Of a stretch of 64,000 nt of DNA, positions 28,570 to 37,500 are shown piece by piece (within the stretch, counting starts at the first letter, position 1; every line of letters starts with the position of its first letter). The stretch comes from Candidatus Poseidoniales archaeon (GTDB taxonomy: Archaea > Thermoplasmatota > Poseidoniia > Poseidoniales > Poseidoniaceae), in contig JAYQSB010000002.1 in NCBI GenBank assembly GCA_038146705.1, positions 8,688 through 72,687 of the forward strand, given 5' to 3'. Made by a program: the position numbers and the translations under genes. Under the pieces are notes generated by a model. It was given only the letters and a program-made list of their open reading frames with translations, searched no databases and was not told the origin of the DNA.

Positions 28570-30837
28570 TCATTCTTCAACAATGCGATGATGGTTGAAG
28601 AAATTTGAGAATATAAGGTCGCCATGTTGTGAACCAACGGATTCCGGGTGAAATTGAATTCCAAAAACCGAATGTTTGTTATGGCGGATCGACATAATTT
28701 CTCCATGAATATCCTTTGATGTGATGATGAAATCGTTATCTTTTTTTGGTACAAGAACAAGAGAATTGTATCGAGTACATTTCCATGGAGACTTGATGTT
28801 ATTGAATAAGCCAAGTTCTCCATGGTGAATATCGACCGGCCTACCATGTACAGGTCCATGTTCTGATTCAATGAGGTTGAAACCTCCTTGAAGACCTAAT
28901 GCTTGATGGCCGAGGCATACACCGAGAATGGATTGACGAAGTTTTCCATCGACAGCAAGTTTAGCGAGATGGAAACTGAAAGGAACATCTTCCGGCCTCC
29001 CCGGTCCAGGTCCAATAACGACATAAGAGGACGAATGATTTGTCAACCAATCCAGAATTTCGATTTCACTCATCGAATAAAATGGAGGAAACCGTGCAGG
29101 AATAATTTGTACTTCGTAACCCTTTGAGCTCAACGAATGTACGATATTCATCGAAAATGAATCGAGGTTATCAATGAAGAGAATATCAGCATTCTTTTGG
29201 CTTGAATCAGAAATCACATTCCCAACATACGCATTATTCTTATTCCAATTTCTTTCTTTTGGTAGACTAAAGATTTTGATTGATTGTTGCAAAGGCGACG
29301 CTGTATCCTTGACCCAACCAGCAGCATGCAGCAATGGTTTTGCTTTTTGCAAGGACTCTTGTACTTCTGCCGCAGGGTTTGAAGAAATCGTAATACCCCC
29401 GCCCGCTGCAATGGTGCCAATCCATTTTTTCCCTTCAATCCGAGATTCTATGGTGCGAATGAGGATATTCCAACATGCATTGTTTGAATATGGGTCAAAC
29501 CACCCGATTGAACCAGTCCAAAACGAGCGTGAGGTTTGCTCAATTTGGTTGATGATATGACAAACCATCGTTCGAGGGCATCCAGTGATCGAACCTCCTG
29601 GGAAAATTGAATCAATTATTGTAGATGAGGAAATATCTTGTTGTAATTTTCCTGAAATTCGACTTACAAGATGCTGGACACTTGAATATTGTTCAATGTC
29701 AAATCGTTCGACACGTACACTACCTACGTCACAAACTTGACCTAGGTCGTTTCTCATCAAATCAACTAACATTCTGTGCTCCGCTCGTTCTTTTTCATCA
29801 TTAAGCAAAGTCGTCCTAGCCTTTTCATTTTCCAATTCATCTTTTCCAGTATGAATTGTACCCTTGATTGGAGATGTTTGGATGAAACCATCACCTGACT
29901 CAAGTAAACATTCAGGTGAACTCGAAATGAGGGCCATGCCTTCATCTTTCATTTCGAAGAATGCAGAATATGGGGCTGGATTTATTTCATCCAATAAGCA
30001 AAATGTATCCCAAGGTTGATGTTGTAATTCACCACGCCATTCTTGACCAATGTTAACTTGGTAAACGTCACCTTTGATGATTTTTTGTTGAACATTCTCG
30101 ATTCGCTTCAGGTATTCTTGTTCATTTAATCTGGTTGTAAATGTCATTTGTCGAAACGGCCCGTAAGCATCTGTTGTTTTCTCAATGGTGGTGATGTTCG
30201 GATTCCAATTTGATGAAGGGATTTTGAAAACTTTGAAATTTTGTTCTAGACAATTGTAAACACAACCTTGCTCAACTAAATAGAAACTCGCGAGAATTGT
30301 CTTTGCTTCCGGTCGATGTTGAAATTTGATGGGTTGCGTCCATTGAACGAGGTCGTATGATAGGGCTGATACCCAGAAAGGTTGCGATGGAAGTTTTGGA
30401 TGTGGAACTGTATCAAACAATGTCGTCGGAGAATAAAGTTTCAATTCATCCATTGCACTCCCAATTGAATCGAGTTGATGCTTCCTCAAGTGGTACCATG
30501 CTCCATGTTTCCATTCCTCGATTTCTAGAAAAATCGGTGAGGTTTTTGCTTGGATAGAGAACCGCCCACTCATTTCAGATTGTGCGTCCATTTCATCTTC
30601 GGGTTGTCGTACAATCGCTCGAATTTTCGATGGCCCGCAAAGTAATGAAAATGTTGAGAGATGGGTTGCTGGCCCACCTGAATGGAGAAGGATACAGTCT
30701 GGGCTGCCGAAATGAGTTGCTTTCTCACCAAGCCAACCTTGTTGTTCCCAAACCTGTTTGAGTTGCAAGATGCTATGCATGCCGATCACACTACCTTTGT
30801 CCATGATATCGGATCTTCTCGGTGCAATGCTAAACAC
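28570..30837 (-). CDS. pabAB: Aminodeoxychorismate (or anthranilate) synthase, fused component I (chorismate-binding) and component II (glutamine amidotransferase).
   Basis: The N-terminal two-thirds carries chorismate-binding motifs (LVDLMRNDLGQVC, IAAGGGITISS). The C-terminal third is class-I GATase (CLGHQALG, GIQFHPES). Confidence 0.75.
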   Translation of the reverse strand: MFSIAPRRSDIMDKGSVIGMHSILQLKQVWEQQGWLGEKATHFGSPDCILLHSGGPATHLSTFSLLCGPSKIRAIVRQPEDEMDAQSEMSGRFSIQAKTSPIFLEIEEWKHGAWYHLRKHQLDSIGSAMDELKLYSPTTLFDTVPHPKLPSQPFWVSALSYDLVQWTQPIKFQHRPEAKTILASFYLVEQGCVYNCLEQNFKVFKIPSSNWNPNITTIEKTTDAYGPFRQMTFTTRLNEQEYLKRIENVQQKIIKGDVYQVNIGQEWRGELQHQPWDTFCLLDEINPAPYSAFFEMKDEGMALISSSPECLLESGDGFIQTSPIKGTIHTGKDELENEKARTTLLNDEKERAEHRMLVDLMRNDLGQVCDVGSVRVERFDIEQYSSVQHLVSRISGKLQQDISSSTIIDSIFPGGSITGCPRTMVCHIINQIEQTSRSFWTGSIGWFDPYSNNACWNILIRTIESRIEGKKWIGTIAAGGGITISSNPAAEVQESLQKAKPLLHAAGWVKDTASPLQQSIKIFSLPKERNWNKNNAYVGNVISDSSQKNADILFIDNLDSFSMNIVHSLSSKGYEVQIIPARFPPFYSMSEIEILDWLTNHSSSYVVIGPGPGRPEDVPFSFHLAKLAVDGKLRQSILGVCLGHQALGLQGGFNLIESEHGPVHGRPVDIHHGELGLFNNIKSPWKCTRYNSLVLVPKKDNDFIITSKDIHGEIMSIRHNKHSVFGIQFHPESVGSQHGDLIFSNFFNHHRIVEE

Positions 30838-31556
30838 GTCCGTAATTCATCGGCAATGCTTTGCGTTGTCCCGATTCTTATGCTATCAATTTCAGTAATT
30901 TGAGTGACGCCAACACCAGTGCCAAAAACAACAAATTCTCTACAGGTTCGAATCATTCGCTCGGTGAGTTTACCGTATCGTATGCTGAAACCATGTGCTA
31001 CCATTTTGTCGAGCATTCCTCCCAACGTAATGCTCCTCACACAACCTTGTTGTTCAGAAGCGACCCAAAGTTCACCATCGTTGGTTATGAGTGCAGGAGT
31101 TGCCCTATCGGCATCAACGATTGCATTATCATGCATGAAGACAGAGATGTCTGTGCCATGAGATTTTGCTAAAGATTTTGCTTCGATGTATGGAAGCCAG
31201 TCTGCGTGTTTACAGCCAGTAATTGTATGATTCCATTGTGGAGCCTCAACACTAATTGCCCTCATTTGTCTTTGAAGTGTTGGAGGTGTCCTCATCGTCA
31301 CATCGCAACTTCCATTTTTTTGTACTTCAATTCGTAGCAATTGATGAACACCTTTGAATACACTTTGGTTGGTGAGAAATGGTTCTAGTTGTTCAGAGAT
31401 TTTTTTGGCCATGTCGGCGGGTAATTCGAACCCGAGACGAATGGAATGTTCTTCTAAACGTTTGAGATGCAAAGGCCAATCCAAGACATATCCACGACCG
31501 TCCCAAAGACAAGTGGTAAACACAGCATCTGTTGGTTCGCTACGAAGACCATCCAT
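30786..31556 (-). CDS. pabC: Aminodeoxychorismate lyase / class IV (fold-type IV) PLP aminotransferase.
   Basis: 256 aa with fold-type IV pattern. It sits adjacent to and overlaps the PabAB-like gene, giving a pab operon context. Confidence 0.55.
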   Translation of the reverse strand: MDGLRSEPTDAVFTTCLWDGRGYVLDWPLHLKRLEEHSIRLGFELPADMAKKISEQLEPFLTNQSVFKGVHQLLRIEVQKNGSCDVTMRTPPTLQRQMRAISVEAPQWNHTITGCKHADWLPYIEAKSLAKSHGTDISVFMHDNAIVDADRATPALITNDGELWVASEQQGCVRSITLGGMLDKMVAHGFSIRYGKLTERMIRTCREFVVFGTGVGVTQITEIDSIRIGTTQSIADELRTCLALHREDPISWTKVV

Positions 31557-31567
31557 CTAGTTAGCCC

Positions 31568-34500
31568 TCAAAGTAGGTCATCCAAAAATGATGTGTCAAT
31601 CGATGATGGTGCATTTTGAGTTGGTGTTTGTGCTGGTTGAATAATTTGATTTGGCTGTTGGACCGGTTGAAGCACAGGTTGTGTTGCCTGGTACACTTGT
31701 CTTCCGTACGTTCCAACTTGTTGTTCGGGCTGTGAAGGCGGCTGTTGGTCAAAAGTTTCGGAGGCACCTCTATTCCAAGTTGTATCTGTTTCAATTCCCC
31801 ATGTTGATTCTTGCAACTCCCAATCTTTTGAAATTCGGGCCCCGCCTGTACGCCTTCGTCCACGAACGAGGGCGATGAGTGTTAACAAAACTACGAGACC
31901 AAGCCCGAGTGCGAGAAGCATTTCTTGGCTTAGGATTGCATTAATCGAGAATTCTGTTCCATCTCCATTCTGCTCTCCTTCAGTCGCTGAAGCATCGACA
32001 TTGTTCAAAACGACAGGTACGACTTCCTTCTCAACGCCGAGGGCATTAAATGGTGTTACTGCGATATACCATTTTGATGAATTCACCAATGCACTGTACA
32101 CCTCACTTGTGATGATAAACGAAGTATCCCCCTTGACTTCGCCAAGGAAATCGGCTTCATCAATCGTTGAAAATCCTTCATTTTGGATGTATATTCGCAT
32201 TCCATCAACCCGTTCATCGATTGGATTTTCCCATTGAATAAGGATGTCTCTCTCATCAATCCATGACACCTTCACATCCAATGCAGGGGACAAGGGGTCA
32301 CTCGAAGAGAATCCACCATTGTCCACCGCCGAGCCTTCTGCAACGATGAGTTCTGTTCGATGAGCATTTCCAGCCGCATCGACAGCAACAACAGCAACCC
32401 AGATGTCCAGCCCTGCAATAATTTGAGTATCACCTGCAAGAAGGTCAAGACGGATTGGTAATTCAGGCGTTCTGGTCAAGATAAATAGCGGGTCGGTAGG
32501 GCCATCTCCACCTATGGTGACTGAAGAAAACGCCCATGTGGCACCATAAATTTCGTAAGATGAAATATCTGACGCATTAGAAAATTCAAAATCAACAAAG
32601 ACAGATGTACCGTCATCGTTTGGAACATCGAGAATAGAAACGGTGTCAATGCGCTGTGGCGGGTCATTATCGTTGAGGTTATCGATTGGGGTCACAGTGG
32701 CTTGAATCAAATCATCGACGTGGACATTTCCTTTGATGTCATGCACGGTGACGACAACATACAGTTTCACATCGGGTTGGATGATTTGAGGTGTTGATGC
32801 GAGGAGATCTTGCCCTCCATACAATGCTGTTGAAATCGTAAGCTCAATTGGATTTGTTCGTTCATCAATCCATTGTTTATTGAATGAAAAACATCCGCAG
32901 TTTGCAGCATTTGTTCCCCTTGATGCATATAGCCATGAAATGTCGGTGAGAGGTTTATCGGCAACCCAAATCGTGTAGGAGGCAAAATCGTCAGCCTCGG
33001 ATGGTTGCCATACAACATCGATTGCTGTACCATCGTCATCAGGGTGGTCAAATGCCATGATGTTTGTTACACGGTTAGGTATCGTTCCCGAACCTACGAT
33101 ATTTTGTAGAGGAGTAGCTGAAACCAACAAAACATCTTCTGTGTTTCCATTGAGCCATGCATCGTATGCAACCACACCAATGATGTATTGTTGTCCATCA
33201 ATGAGTGGAACGCCATCGAGGGACGAAAGAATGGTTTGATTTTCATCACATGGACTTATGATGGCGGCTTGTGAAAAATCGTTTACACTCCCGCGAGTCG
33301 TGCTGTTTTGGTCGTCAGCATTTGTGATTCCATCGTTCTGAGCCTGTTTCATGAACACAGTGTACAATGAGCAATCATCATCGAGGCTCACGTTCCATTG
33401 TACAGAAATTCTCCCACCTTCATCGTTCGGAATATCATCAGCTATTGTACCATTGATGGGAAGTGGAGCTTGGTTGTCGTTTAATTCCCCAGTTGGAACA
33501 ACCGGTCCGACGATAGTGACATCCGATGTGTTTTCTTGGCCAGCCTCATCTTCACATGTGAATCCAATCCAGTAGGGGGTTTGGGGTGTTAGCGAGATAA
33601 TCGAGGTGTTCCCTTCCAACACGTCGATAGTGTCATGAATTTTGAGTCCGATGACATCAGAAAATTGGTTTTTCGAGACATAGACATTTGTTGAAGCGAG
33701 GTCGAGGGCAGTACATCTTGCCCATTCTAGTTCAATTTCGCCATCCTCACCATTCGTATGCGGTTCAGCAGTAGCCCAATTCGGAGGTCGTGGAACTTCA
33801 TCTGTAGGGGTCGCAGGTCCAATTTGAAGAGGAATATTTCCCCATCGGCCATCGTTGTACTGGGTGACGACAATTGCAAAATACTCACGGCCATCGACTA
33901 GAGGCACGCTATCTGCTGTAGAAACCTCTGAAGAGGTGCGACTGTGAAGTGAAATTGTTTTGTCGGGCGTGCGTTGTCGTAGTTCAAGTTCAGTTGGTGC
34001 ATTTATCCACGGTCCATCATTCACAAAGATGTGGTATTGCGAGAAGTCAGGGTCATGAATTAACGACCATTCTACCATCAATGTAGAACCACCATCGTCT
34101 GGTCGGTCATAGATTGAATTGAGTTGAATAGGCGTATCTCGGCGAATGTAATCATAACTCAACCGAACAAGCAGCGTACCATTCTGCGGAGACTGCAACG
34201 TCAATGACACATGTTGTGTGTTGTTGAGCAACATGCCCGAATCGATAGCATATTGAAGGTTTGATACAAGATTTTCATCGTTGCTAAGATTGATGATTGC
34301 ATTGTATTTTAGATCGACGAGTTTCGTCCAAACCATAGCACTGTCCACAGGAGATGTGAACATGAACGGCATTGTGGAGAAGGTGGTATTGTGTGGTCCA
34401 GCAACATCTCCTGCAAGGTTGAGGAATAGCGGATTTGTCGGGTCCACAAGGGTAATTTCATCGCCAACATGAGTTTGTGAGGTGACATTTCTTGAAATTG

Positions 34501-37500
34501 CACCACCTGCTGTTGCAAACTGAAGAGGTTGAGCACGTCGAAGGATGAAATCATCCACTGCGTTGTATTGTCCATTGTTCTCAAAGCCAACGAGACCTTG
34601 GTCTGTTGTCAACCAAAAATGAGAGGAGGTTACAACGCCCTGTCGCACCTCATTAATGCCTTCAGGTGGAAGGGCAATGTTAAGAATCGAATGAGCACTT
34701 GTTCTTGATTCGAGCATAGCAATACCATTGTTTGAACTAATGCTGACAATTTGGTTTCCATTGCTCATAAGATCTCGGGCAGGCCACCAAGAGTTGAGAT
34801 TGACAAAGCCTTGACCTTCTTCGAAATCACCGCTTGAACTATTCCAGTGAATCATTTGTTGGGAATTGAGTGTTGAGATATGAATGCCCCACCAATCGCT
34901 TGAAAGTGCAAGAACGATATTTGATGGAAGTTGGTCAAATTTGTGAGTTGAATCCAATGTTGGTGGAGATGTTGAAAGGCTCAGTATACTAATTCCTGGT
35001 CGTTCATCACCTCTTCCATCATGTGATACGAGAAGATTTGTTGCTCCACTTGGGCTTGTCGACTCTGCGAACATCCAAGCAGAATTACCAGCAAGTCCCT
35101 GTGCCTTTCCAATCGTTTGGAGTTGTGAAGTGCTTTCATCAAATTCAACCACGCCGTTTGCTGTGGCGAAATATACCAATGAACCTGAACCACTACTCGA
35201 CGAGCCTCCAACAAAAATATCGTTTACAATCGAAGAGGGTAATCCATCTGCAGATGTGATCGAATCTTCCCAGTCATCATTTGAATAGTTCCAAACACCA
35301 ATACCGTTGTCGGTTGCGATGTACATGTGGGTTGAACTCGTTGCGAATCCGTTGACAATGTTTGATGGAAGACCTGCAATGAGCCTTCCTGCAGTGAACG
35401 TTTGCGTCGAGAGATTGAAATTTTGTACACCTGGGCTCGAACCCGATTCGGCTGCTAGACCAATGACCAAGTCACCACCGTATCTGGCGATACCGTCGAG
35501 GTTCTGATGTAATCCACCGCTGATTTTTTGCAACTGGCCATTCGAACTCAATTTGAATAAACCGTTGTTGATGGTTGAGAAGTACATGTCAGCATTGACC
35601 ATCTCTGCATCGTAAGCAATCGCTCGCCCGGGGAACGTCCATCCGAAATCCCATTCAAGCGAGCCATTTGCTAAGAAATGGCCCTTTAACACGCCAGTAG
35701 CTGCAAATGAATTCCCAGTTCCACCAGTTGTTGGTTTCGTTGTGACATACACATTTGTAGCATTACCTGAGATGGTCCCAAGTTGTCCACTCACGATTCC
35801 GGGCAGGTCGAGAAGCACCTGCTCACCGAGAATTGAGATGTTTGAGACACGACTGTAACCGGATGAACCCCCAGCCTGGCCCATGAGCCAAGAAGCCCCT
35901 AACCACTGGAACGAGGTAGCGGATGAACCTCCGCCGCGTACGGTAGCTTGCCCTGTTGTTGCTCCGTTAGAAGTGAAAATGGAATATCCGCCAGCAATGT
36001 CATTGCCTACACCATGGCCGACGATGAGGCGACCATTCGACCAGTCAAGACCATCGTACCAAACCAAATCAGAAGGCAAACCGTTTGCAGATGTTGTGAT
36101 TTGGTTCAACCATTGTTGTGTTGAATAACTGTATTTTGAGATGCCTTGGTTGTTGTTGTAGAATCCGACATAGAGGGTTTCTGATGAATCGCATGCAACA
36201 GAGGCCACACCAAATCCTCCAAAATCAGAACGTTGGAATGGCGAGACGGTCGTTGATTGATTGTTGAGAATATTGAATCGTGCAATAGAGCCTGTGCCTT
36301 GGTACATGGCCATGTGGAGATACCCTCCGCACATTGTTGCAGACATCGGATATCCGTTTGGAATATTGTTTGATTGACTGCTTCGATGAAGTGTGGTGAT
36401 GTTTGTGATGCCGTTGAGATGTGTGACTACGCCTTCCTGGAAGAATTCTCCACCGCCAAAACTGCCGTAAATTCCACCACCGATGATAAGGTGATTGCCA
36501 TTGGTCCACAATTCAAAGAATCGTGATCCAGCATTATTTGGTAGGCCACTTCCTTCAGTCCAGGTTGATAGCCATTGTGAATTCTGTTCATCATACCGGA
36601 GTATGCCATCCTCAGTAGCAAAGAGCGTGGCTCCTTTCCATTCAACGATGCCTCGAATCGGAAGGTCAAATTGGTCCCAACTACCTTGAAGTACATAGCT
36701 GGAGTCATAGAGTTCAAGCTTCGATTCACCCCACGCAACCCATGTATTTCCGAAACTGCTTTCGTACGCAGTGACACGGTCGACCTGACCCTCAGGAAAG
36801 ACACTTGTTCCCCATGAATTGTTTGAAGTGTTCCACAAAGCGAGTCCTCCAGAGCCTTCAGCGTTCCACCACTGGCCCGATGCTACGGAGGCGATGAGAA
36901 TGTCACCAACAAGACCAAGGCCATAGATGACACCACCATTTTCATTCACCCTTGGACCTGCATCAAGCAATGCAAGTTGATTGAAATTGACAAGGTCGAT
37001 ACGTCCAATAGAATCGGAGTTGTCGCTTCGGTAATACATCACATTGTTGTGAACAATCATCTGGTATGGTTCAGAGGTTCCGGTGTACAATGAACTTGAA
37101 CGTTCAATGTCGTAGACTTCTTGACCAGACGTGACATTGATCAACTGAAATCCATCTTCTCCTCCAACCCACAAGTGATTTGGACGAATATCAGCAGCAA
37201 GACCAGAAACATCTTCATTTCCGTTATCGAGAACGTTATCGAGCGTGTATGGTGTCAGCCACTGTTGTGTCGTTAGGTCGTAACGTAAGACCCCAAAACC
37301 GCTGATGCCGATAAAGGCAACATCGCCAATGATCTCAACAACAGCATTACCGGATTGGCCGAAATCATTCTCCCAATTTTCTGACCATGTGAATGAAGAT
37401 TTGTCGAGCAAACCAACCCCGCTCACAGTTCCACCAAAGACCACTGTTGCGTTAGTGCCCACACTGTAAACTGCCCAATTTGGCATACCATCTTGTGCGT

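Noticed and set aside
28542-28871. N-terminal 110 aa of the listed ORF 28155..28871 (-).
   Set aside because: It overlaps the 3' end of the PabAB-like gene in another frame. The recognisable protein (zinc ribbon plus 2 TM) begins at the internal ATG at 28541, so the upstream part is treated as non-coding.
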